Positions 11,101-21,030 of a stretch of DNA of 64,000 nt are shown piece after piece. Within the stretch, counting starts at the first letter, position 1. Each line of letters begins with the position of its first letter. Source of the stretch: Hyaloraphidium curvatum SAG 235-1 (Eukaryota > Fungi > Monoblepharomycota); assembly GCA_025558095.1 (NCBI GenBank), contig JAIVFI010000005.1:1-64000 (forward strand), written 5' to 3'. Made by a program: the position numbers and the translations under genes. The notes under the pieces are model-generated. The model did no database searches, was not told the DNA's origin, and was given only the letters and a program-made list of their open reading frames with translations.

Positions 11101-13418
11101 ACCAGCACGGGAACGGAACCCGGATTCTCGATGGCGAGGGCCTCCTCGTTGGCCGCCATCGGGTTCCACACCGCCCAATCGAAGAATCTCTTGCGCCCTT
11201 CCGCATTGCGACTCGCCACACTATCCGGCAAACGCGCCGCCATGACTATCTTGCATCGCTGCGGGAGGGAGAGCGAAGCAAGGAAGTACTCCAGGCCGGG
11301 CGACGCATCAAAAAGCGAGCGGCCCTGCTGGTCCTTCTGCGTGCGGCACGCTTCCTCCAGTATCTGCCTAAGGTTCCTTGGCAGAGACTCGGTCGAAGCC
11401 GCGCGTTCGAGGTACTCCAACCGACAGACCTTCGAAATGGGCTGGTGAACATAATGCAGAGCACGACGTGCTGTCTCGGATGTTTCGAAGCTGTCCATGC
11501 GTGCCCTCCCGGCCGGGCCGAGCTGTCCCCAGAGAGAAACAGCGAGCGCACGTAGCCATTCTGGTCCACGACCGTTTCGTACAAGGCCCGATAGGAGGAT
11601 GGCGAACCTCTCGTCCAGCACGGTGTCGTTTGCAAGGGCTGAGAGCGGAAACAGCTGTTTCAACGCGGCGCGGCTGGCTTTCTTGAACGAGACGTTAAGT
11701 TCCGGTGGGACGTCGGCATAGCGGGCGAGGTTATCCAGCTGGGAGATGGAGACGTCGGGGGCTGACGGCGGTCCCAGATCCGCGCCATCGTCCGCGGGGC
11801 GGAAAAAGGGAGGTGCCGGTGCGTCTGGTCCGATCAGACTGGGGGCGACCCGGCGCCGCCGGGCGACGATGTTCCGGAGGCGCGCGACGAAAAGCTCGCG
11901 CTCCAGCTTGTACCCCCGACCCGATGCCACCCGCTGACAGATGAACTCAAAAGGAGCTTCACCGAGGTTGGAGAGGCCCCCGAGGACGTCCGCAGCGTCG
12001 AAGCCCGCGGTCCTTTGAGCGGAGTCCGTGAAGTCGTTCCACGGCCCAAAGAATTCCCTCGCCGAACCATCGACGTGGAGAACTTCCCTCAGGGTCAGCA
12101 AAGTGTGCTTTTGGTGCGGGTTGATGTGGGCGACGCCGAGGTTGCGAGCCTGCTCGGAGTGGGCGTTGTCGTGAGTCAGCGCGGTCTGCATGCCCGATGC
12201 GCAACCGTCATGGCAGTCCACCTCTTCAGCGAGCCGCTCGGCCGCGTTTGCTTCGGTCTGGGTCGCTGCTGCGCCCTCCATCGCGGAAGGGCACGTCTGA
12301 GGAGCCGGAGAAGCAAAGGCAGAGATCTGACCTTGTAGTGTGACCTTCCGCGCCACACATTTGCCGGCGGACGCGGATTCCGCGATGCGCACAAACTCAG
12401 CCTCGCTTAGCTTCAAGCAGTGCCGGAACGTCGCCATCAGATCGCCGTGGCCGACGATTTGAATGGCCCTCTCGATGGACCGGACGAGATCCGGCACCGT
12501 CCTGGGGCAGTCCCGCCTCACGAGGTTCTTGATCGTGGCAAACACGTACTCGGTCGGGTTAAATTCCGGCGATCTCGGTCGCAGGTAGATGAGGCTCAGA
12601 TTGTTGGCCTTTGCTACGGCCTGGACCGCAAGGAACGACTTGCCCGAGAGGTTCTTTATTATTGCCGTGCCGTCCGTGGTCTTCCTTGCCCGCAGAGGAG
12701 AGCCGTGGAAACCCGCATTGTCCAGGATAACGCCCAGGGACTCGGACCCACAAGCCCCGGCGCGAATAGTCTTGAGAAAAGCACAGAACCTCTCGGTGTT
12801 CATGTTGCCGCTGTAGATCTGGTACGAGATCACGTTTCCAGTGTGATTACCGGGTCGCGGAGTGGGTGAGATGGCGAGGCAAAGGGTCACCTTGGGGCCC
12901 CGGTTCCCTGGCAGGTATACGACGGCGGGAGTCCCCTTCTCCGAGTAGCCGAAGCGCCCCGGATCGTTGAGTTGGAATGAGGACTCGTCCAAGGCACCTA
13001 GGCGCCCCAAATCAAAGGAAGTGACCCTCTCGTGGAACATGCGGTGCCGCTCGGGTTGTTTCAGGGCTTCGGCGCTCTTAATGGTGAGCTTCTTCCTCGT
13101 GACCCTGTTGGCCTTCAGCAGCCGCGAGATATGCTGCTGCGACACCAAAACGCCAAACTTTTCCGCCAGGTCAGCAGCGAGCTCCCTTTGCGTCACGCGG
13201 ACGCGAGCTTTGGCCTCGTCAACTACGTGCCGGACCATTTCCTCGGACACCTTGCGGAAGGCCTTGCGGGGATGGTCCGGAACGGTCTGAGCCCCACATC
13301 GGCGGATCCAACGGAAATACGTCGTTCGGTGAATTGCGAGTACAGCAGCAATCTCGTCCGGGCCAAGCTTGCCGGTCTGCTTGAGCCGAACCGCGGTTTC
13401 TGGCCCGCTCAGAAGCAT
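5046..13418 (-). CDS. Predicted spliced IS630/Tc1 transposase-Fanzor fusion, ~2697 aa; exons 13418-11103, 11045-10474, 10407-7478, 7417-5851, 5801-5556, 5508-5046
   Basis: N-terminal HTH (EIAAVLAIHRTTYFRW) and DDE motifs LDESSF / ILDNAGFH / SPEFNPTE. C2H2-like fingers. RuvC-I VVDVDPN, IAYGAARF, RuvC-II VLVNEYLTSQMC, Zn ribbon CSCC...CPLC, RuvC-III FWMRDVNS, then RPWPFRP. Five GT..branch..CAG introns (57, 66, 60, 49, 47 nt) join all fragments in frame. Confidence 0.8.
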
Positions 13419-14127
13419 GTTTTGGCCGTGCCGTTCCCCGATGCGACGCAGGAGGCACCACGCGCCTTTTGCGATGGAGACTGTGCTCTAGCGGTTGCAA
13501 ATTCGCACGCGGCGACTCCGGCAAGCTCGAGTAGCGGGACCTGTGTGTGAAACGAATTCGATCGCCCGGCCTTGTGGTGATTCAGCCCCTCCCCAGCGGG
13601 CTGCGCAGGGCCGTTCTCGCAGCTGGCGAAACCGCGATCCCGCTGTATGCCGAGAATGCGAATGCGCCTTGACTAGTCGCTGTGAGAGGGAGGCGCGGCC
13701 GGTGCGGAAATCGCCAAGGGCAGGCCCGGGCGGCGGAACGCGCTGGGCCTTGGGCCCACACCAAGAACAGTTTCTATGGCGCGGCGAATGCAAATGGATC
13801 GATTCTAAAAGCCATCGTAGGCGCGCCCGAAAGGTCCAGGCACGCCTCAATGGTGGTAGCGTGGGGCGGAAAGCGATCGCCCCAACGCCTCCACACGCCC
13901 CCCCCGCCATCACGGTTGCAGTCGGGGAAGGGCGTCACTCGGATCATTTTCGAGGGCACTGCGTTTCGCGGGCAGAGGGCGGCTCGGTGGCGGGACGGTG
14001 CGGGATCGGCGTTGATCGGGAAGGGGGAGGGGACGGTTGACGCGGTCGGCGCGGGGTCTCGAATGTTCGCGATTGCGGGCTGATGTACGCGGTTCAAATA
14101 TGAGTCCCGAGGTCCCGTCGGGTTGCA

Positions 14128-15540
14128 TCAATCGAATCCCTGCACGCGCTGCAGGTCCACCCCCGACCCCTCCTCCTCCTCTTCCTCCTCCCCGTGGTCC
14201 GCAGCGCCGGCGCCGGCCTCGGCTTCGGGCGCGGCTTCCGCGGGCACCGCCCCCGATTTTGCCGGCACCAGCTCCTCCTCCTCGGCTTCCTTAGCCTCCT
14301 CCTCCTTCCTCGCCTCGTACGGCGGCAGCCCGCCCTGCTCCCCCAGCGGGAGGTACTCCTTCGCATCCGGCTTCTCCGGCACCGGCGGGGCCTCTTCGGA
14401 GGCGCCCGGGGCGCGGGGGGAGGAGAGCAGCGCGAGCGGGCGGAGGAGGCACGAGGAGATGGTGAGGAGGGCAAAGGCGGCGGACCCGACTGCCGGAACG
14501 GGAGGGTCGCGTCAGCGCGGAACCGGAGGCGGGGACGGCGGGAGGGAACCCACGCGCAAGGCCGGGCCCCGATGAGCGCGATTCGTACGACCACAGGTGC
14601 GCCGCCATGTCGTCGCCCATCCACGCCGCGACGGCAAACACGGGCAGGTAGGTGGCCAGCGCGGCGGCGCCGAGGACGAGGCCGACGACCGGGTCGCGCG
14701 CGACGAAGAGGCACGCGAGGGTGGCGAAGGCGAGGGTGCCGGAGATCACCTGGAAGGCGGCGAGGACGGCGAGGAGGGAGAGGGGGTAGGTTTTCTGTCG
14801 TCGGGCACGGGCGCACGGGGCATCAGCTTGACTCGCATCCGTGGAGACCTGGGGAGGGGAACTCACGGCCACGAAGGGGTCCTCCCCCGTGCCGTAGTAG
14901 AAGCACGAGGCACCGCCCCTGCTCCACTCGATCTTGGCGTTCACGGCCACCTGCACCTCGGTGGTCCTGTTGATGTTGGGCACCGGCCCGCCGTGCATGG
15001 GCATCCCCTTGGGCCTGCGGTCGTCGTCGTCGGCCCTCTGCCCCGCGGGGGGGTACATCCGCGGGTGGTTGGGCGACCGCGACGCGGCCATGCCGCCCTC
15101 GACGGGGGCGATCGAGACGCTGCCGAGGGGCTGCGCGACGCCGGGCCCGGGGCGGTTGTTGATCGCCGCGGGCCCGAACGTGGCGCGCATGCGGCCGACC
15201 TCTGTGCGGCACGAGCCGAAGATGCCGGTGGAGATGTTGAACCTGCGCGTCTCGTCGGCCGGCCGGGCCTGCATGGGGGCGATCCGCGGGTTGCCCTCCC
15301 ACGGCCCCATCTGCGCGCCGTTGTACCGCGTCCAGAAGATGCCCGGGATGAGCAGCGGGCCGGCGGCGGCGAGCGCCATCAGGATGAGGAACACTGCCGA
15401 TTATATGGAGGACAAGGTCAGGTTGGGTGCGGCGGGAACCCGGGCGGCCCACGGAGGTCAAACACCGCGGCGGCGGCGGTCAGACGCCCACGCCGCGTGG
15501 GCGCGAGCACGTTGTGGCGGAAGGTCGACTCGAGCGACAT
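14128..15540 (-). CDS. Multi-exon membrane protein, possibly SUR7/claudin-like 4-TM
   Basis: N-terminal hydrophobic helix, loop with GIFGSC motif, further TM helices, acidic tail with LPPY motif. Start and introns inferred. Confidence 0.45.
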
Positions 15541-15823
15541 GGCGAGGGCCGCGATTGGAGCGAGGCTACACTGTTCAGGTCGCGGGCGGTGTGGCGCGCG
15601 AAGGCGCTGGTGCTCCGAGGCCGCCCGTTAGACGGCCCGGGAGGGACAAAAGGATATAAAGCTCTGCGGGGAGAGCGCGCAAGAGCGTCCCGCAGCCCGC
15701 GATGGGTTCCTGCGACGCCGACTTGGGACGGGACGCGTAGGGACCTGAGGGATTTCCTGAACTCGGGGTCCCTAGACGATGTGTCACCGATCGCACGCCA
15801 TCGGCCGCCCTCGTTCGATTCGC

Positions 15824-17513
15824 TCACGGCCCAGGGCACACGCTCTGCACCGTCAGCACCACCCCACCCGCCCGCAGCACGCTCCACAGCCCGACCCCCA
15901 GCGTGAACAGGGTGACGAGCACCGTCCTCACGACTCCGAAATCGACCGCGAACCCGAGGAACCTGGCCCTCCGCCCCTCGACGTCCGCCAGCGAGCCCAG
16001 CAGCGATTCGTGCGCGAGGATGCCCGCCGGCGGGAAGGCACCGGGCGGCAGGGAGGCCAGCATCGCGCGGAGGTCCGCGCGCGCGAGGTGCAGGAGGCGG
16101 CCGATCGAGAGCACCTGGGCGTTGTGCTCCGCGAGGGTGACCAGGTTGGCGAGGAGCGTGGCCAGTTGGGTGGAGACGAAGAGCAGCTGCCATGCGGGGA
16201 TGCAGTTGCCCGTCGACTGTCGCGGGAGGGCGGTCAGACGGTCAGCTGGGCAGAGCACACAACAGCGCGGGAACCCACGACGTAGATGACGGCGACGACG
16301 AGCTGTCCCGCGAGGTTGAACGAGATGAAGACCTTGTCGTACAGGGAGGGTTCGACGGCGACGGCCCAGGAGGCCGCGAGCAGGCTGTGCAGCCGGAAGT
16401 GGAGCTCCGCGCGGGCGTCGGGCGCCTCTGTTCCTTCCTGAGGGGTCGTTAGCGCGCCGTCCTTGGCGCGGAACCGTAGCTCCGCCCCGCACCGCCCGAG
16501 GAACGACGAAAGCGCCAGCCGCATGGCGCGGTGCTGCACCCTCACCGCGAGCCCGACCGACGCGACGTTGGGCTCGACGTTGCAGAAGAAAAAGGGCGCG
16601 AAGTTCGCCGCCGTCACGCAGAACAGGGCGACCAGCGCGATGCCCCAAGCTGTGGCGGCGAGCTGCGGGCCGTAGTGCACCAGCGGCGTCCAGATGATGA
16701 AAACCTGCACGAGCGAGACGACCAGGGCGAGGGTGCCGCGGTAGCCGGCCTGGATCCACGCCGCAGAGCGCGGGAGCTTCCCCGCGCACTCCGGGAGCCC
16801 GCACGGGCAGCTCGGGTCGTCAGCGTCGTGGGCGACCAGTTGCGACGCGGTGCCAGCCTCGGCGTCCCCAGCGCGGGAAACGAGCTGCAGCCATCGCGCA
16901 ATGCCAGCCCAGGCATGCAAATCCAGGTCCGAGGGGTAGCCCATGCCGGTGCCGGGGGTGCGCGCGACGAGGAGGAGCGGCCCGAGGGCGCCGACCAGAT
17001 ACGTGAGGATGACGGCGACCGTCCCTGCCCCGACGGCCGTCAAACGGCGGCCTACCATCCGGCCAAGGCATCACGGGACCCACCTGCGACCATCTGTCGC
17101 CGCCCGAACGCGTCCCCTGTAACATCCCCGCCCCAGACCCACATGCTCCCCAGCAGCGCGTAGATCGCCACGATCTGCGCCGACCCCCGCAGCAGGCTCC
17201 TCCGCGTCCACGGCCGCGCAAACAGCTCGAACCTGAACACCGCCAGGGGCAGCGGGCGGCCGGCCAGGGACGCGGCGAGCGCGGCGGCGGTCAGCGGGTC
17301 CGCCTTGCGCGCGTCGGCCGCCGGGTCGGGCACGCGCCGGGCGGCGGGGTCCAACGGTCGGGATGCCGGGGCGCGGAAAGGAAGAATGGCCAGCCACTCT
17401 TCGGGGGAAAAGTCGAGCAGCGCAGGCGCGGGAGGGCGGGAGCTCGTTCCCGGGCTCACGGGCTCCATATGGAGCAGCGCGGGCTCCATATGGAGCAGCG
17501 CGTCGTCCGACAT
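15824..17513 (-). CDS. Multi-TM protein, gustatory-receptor-like/DUF3537-like, paralog 1 (multi-exon)
   Basis: Motifs DFSPEEWLA, HDADDPSCPC...CAG and C-terminal ARFLGFAVDFGVVRTVLVTLFTLGVGLWSVLR, shared with 29611-31143 and 31647-33358. Confidence 0.7.
17460..17501. repeat. 21-bp tandem duplication (ALLHMEP x2), each copy containing the 14-bp palindrome GCTCCATATGGAGC
   Basis: Seen directly. Confidence 0.9.
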
Positions 17514-17781
17514 CGGATCGCGGTCGGGCCGCCGGGAAAGCGCAGGAATCGGGTATTTGCAGCAAACTCGCAGCGTTCGCGCCGCAATGGGGAGACAATG
17601 GGCAGCGGGGAAGCAAATGCCGTCCGGGCGTCTCCCAAGGTCGACGCCGGTCCACCGTCGATCGTCGCTCCTCCCGAAGCTCTTGGCTTGCACCCGATAC
17701 GTCAGTACGGATCATCGTGTTCGCAACAGCTCTATGTACTCTTTACGATGTCGTACTCTAATGCGCCGCCCCCCCAGAGCC

Positions 17782-20436
17782 CTACAGCCTTGCCTCGCCC
17801 CCCCGCCCGGGCAGGTACTCGATCCGGAAGCCCGCGAGGTCGTTGCGCGCCACGTACTCGTAGATCTTTTCCCGGTAGAGGAGCGGGCCGCCCATGTAGG
17901 GGACGTTGCGGGACGGCCCGCCGAGCGCGCGCTTGGGCATCTTGCTGATGATGCCCTCGCCCTGGGGAAGGAGGCGGCGGTCAGCGATCGCGTCCGGATC
18001 CGCCGCAAGAACCACGAGGTCTCGAGTGAACATACGCACGTTGTAGTAGCCTGCACCGAAGGCGGAGAGTCAGAGACCGAATCCCACGCCCAACGCCGCT
18101 ACCCACCTGGCGTGCAGTTGACCGCGTACTCCGGGTTCCTCGGCACCGCCGCCGCGGCCCTCAGCACCTCCGCGACCCACTCCTCCTCCGCCTCCCTCGT
18201 CACCTCCACCGTCCTGATCCCCCTCCTCACGGCTTCCCCGACGACGTGCGCGATCCAGATGCCCATGTCGTTGAAGACGCTGGGGAAGTTGACGGACCCG
18301 GCGGCCTGCATGGAGCCGAAGTTGAAGTAGTTGGGGAAGCCCGAGGTGGCGATCCCAAAGACGGTGGCCATGCCGCCCTGCGAGGCCCACTTCTTGCGTG
18401 CGGGGATGCCGTCCCGGCCGAGCACGCGGTAGTCGTGGTAATCCGCCCCGGGGAGGGTGAATCCTGGCGGTACGAGACGCGCATCAGCGATCGCGCCACC
18501 CTTCCTCCAAACGCGCGCCCTACCGGTGCTCCATATGATAACGTCGACCTCGTACTCCTTGCCGCCGACGACTATGCCCTTGGGCGTGATCCGCTCGATG
18601 CCTTTGGACACGGAGGCGTCGACGAGGGTCACGTTTGGACGGTTGAAGGTCGGGAGGCTGGGGAGGCGAGAGGCGGTGAGCAGATCGTCGGGCAGGGCAC
18701 CGCGGAGCGACGCACTAGGTGTCCGAATAGACGGGCCGCTTGCAAAACAGATTGTACCACGGCTTGAGCAGCTCCGCGGTCCGCTTGTCCTTGACCACCT
18801 CGTCGCACCTCCGCCGGACTGTCCGACCGTCAGCCCCCCTTGTACCCGGCCCCGGGGAGGTCACCCACTCGACTCCATGATCTTAAAGTCCGCCAGCTGC
18901 CTCAGCTCCGCATCGCTGTACTTCTTCCCCTCCCCAAATTTGCGCTTCCTCTTGACCAGCTCCGCGAGCCCCGCCATGGACCGGGAGAACCCGTCGTCCA
19001 GCTCGATCTCGGCGTCCTCCCCCGCGGCGTTGGTCTGGAACGCCTTGTCCCTCTCGAGCTGCCACCCCGGCTTCAGGGAGGCCCACCACGCCGGGTCCGT
19101 GGGCCGGTTGTCGCGCACGTCGACGGCCGAGGGGGTGCGCTGGAAGACGTACAGGTGTCCGGCGGATTCGCCGAGGAAAGGGATCGCCTGGACGGCGGTG
19201 GCGCCGGTGCCGACGATGGCGACGCGCTTGTCCTTCAGCTTGGTCATGTTGAAGTCGAGCTTGAGCGGGTCGCCGCCCGACTTTTCGTAGTTCCAACGGC
19301 CTGCGGGATCCGGTCAGCCCCTGCCGGAAGGCGTCGCCCGGAGCGTGTCCCACAAGTGTGCCACTCATCCCCCTGGAACGTCTCGATCCCCTCCACGTCC
19401 GGCAGATGCGGGTGCGAGATGGGGCCGCCGCACGTGACAAGGAACCGCGCGGCGATCGTGTCCCCCCGGTCCGTCTGGCCGCGCCACACCTTGGCCACGT
19501 CGTCCCAGCGGAACTCCTTGGCAGAGGTCTGGAACAGCGTGTGGTCGTACAGGCCGAAGCGTCGGGCCATGCGCCAGCAGTGCTGCGCGATCTGGCGGGC
19601 GGGCGGCGGTGAGACCCGTGGTGGCGGCGCCCGAGACGGAGACTCACTTCAGTGCCGGTCACGTACTTCGACGTAGGCATGTATCCCATTTCCTCGAGCA
19701 GGGGGAGGTACCCGTAGGCCTCCGAGTCGCAAGACGCTCCGGGGTAGCGATTCCAGTCTGTCCTCGGCGCCAGTCATGGGATCAGCCGCAAGAAGGGAAG
19801 CGGCCGGCAAGGAACCTACACCACTAGACAGGGATCATGGGAGCAGGAAGGAGCGGGGTGGGCAGCGTGGCGGGAAGCGTGAAGGTCAGCGGAGTCAGAC
19901 GTCCGTGCCGCACGGGGCCCCACTGTGCCGCCAAAGTCACCCGCCCGGTCTGCCCTCCCGCGACGAATCGTCAGCTCCTCACTCGGTCGAACCACACGCA
20001 ACCGCTGCCCCACCCATGATCTTGAAGTCCGTCACGCCGTAGTTCTTGAGCTGCCTCCCGACCTGGATCCCCGAGAACCCGGCGCCGACCACCAGCACCG
20101 TGGTCTCGATGTTCATCGCCGGCCGCTCGATTCGCGGAGTCCAGGGGTCGTTGAGCCAGTCCGCGTACCTGCGGCGACGGCGGTCGGCCGACGGTGGGGC
20201 GGAACGGCCGCGGAGGGACCCACTTTGCCCCCTTGCCCTCGCCGACGGTCACATATTGCGCCAAAGTGTCGCTGCGAAGGCGCTTGTCCCTCTCCTCCCT
20301 GTAGATTTTGAGGAGCTGTCGCGGGAGGCCGTCGCCGTGAGCGGGCATCGGCGGGGGGGGGGGGGGCGCGGCGCACCGCCTGGGCATCGAAGTCGAAGCG
20401 CCACGGGTCGCTCGCAAGCGCAGCGTGAGTCGGCAT
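17782..20436 (-). CDS. Baeyer-Villiger monooxygenase (FAD/NADPH; cyclohexanone monooxygenase family), multi-exon
   Basis: Motifs [36 protein letters not shown] fingerprint region, [25 protein letters not shown]. Confidence 0.9.
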
Positions 20437-21030
20437 CGCGGGACGGGCCGAAGAGGGCGGGAAAGAGGGGTGGCCGTCGGAGATGTCGCCCAGGTTGTTG
20501 GCGCCGCAGGCCCGTGGCGAATGGCGCCGAAACCGTTCACCCGCATCCCGGACGCCAAGGGCAAAGTCGGTCCGAAGGAGGGCAGGAGTAAGCATTGACC
20601 TGATGACGAAACGTTCCTTTGAGCAGTAACGGCACTTATTGTGTCCTTGCGGCGGCCTCCGTGACTGGTGCAGTCGACCACAGGTTGCACCTTGGCCCGC
20701 CCACTCAGGAGACAAGTTTACAGAGCGACGCATAAAGTGGATTGTCAAGTGCCCAAATTGTCTCTGGAGGGATGCGTTAAGCCACAGCCTTGGCCAGATT
20801 GGGTGACAACAGGAACCGGCGAGTGAGGGAGGGCATGCTTTCCGCCCTGGCTGCTCTCCGATTCGCATTCTCTCGGCATCCGGACCAGTCCATGACGCAA
20901 TCCCAAATGCCGCCTCCGTAGAAGAACGGTTTCGGTGTGGAGAAGTACTCGGCGAAAAATGGTGACTCGACAAGGGTCATCCCCAAACCGCAGCACCGCC
21001 ACGCGCCTCAGGACCAAATCCAAACACGAA

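Larger units (their letters stand above)
4933..13549 (-). mobile_element. IS630/Tc1-mariner DNA transposon carrying Fanzor (ends tentative)
   Basis: Encodes a DDE transposase and a Fanzor RuvC domain. Candidate end TA|CACTCTCAGAAACTGCTAC at 4931-4951. Only a weak (~14/21) inverted match at 13529-13549; the other end lies somewhere in 13419-14100. Confidence 0.8.

Noticed and set aside
13419-13524. Extra upstream transposase exon (HSLHRKR resembles an IS630 N-terminus)
   Set aside because: No ATG and no phase-compatible GT donor; the ATG at 13418 has good context.
13419-14100. A confident terminal inverted repeat/TSD for the transposon
   Set aside because: The best match (13529-13549 vs 4933-4953) is only ~14/21 and is not followed by TA; not enough to call.
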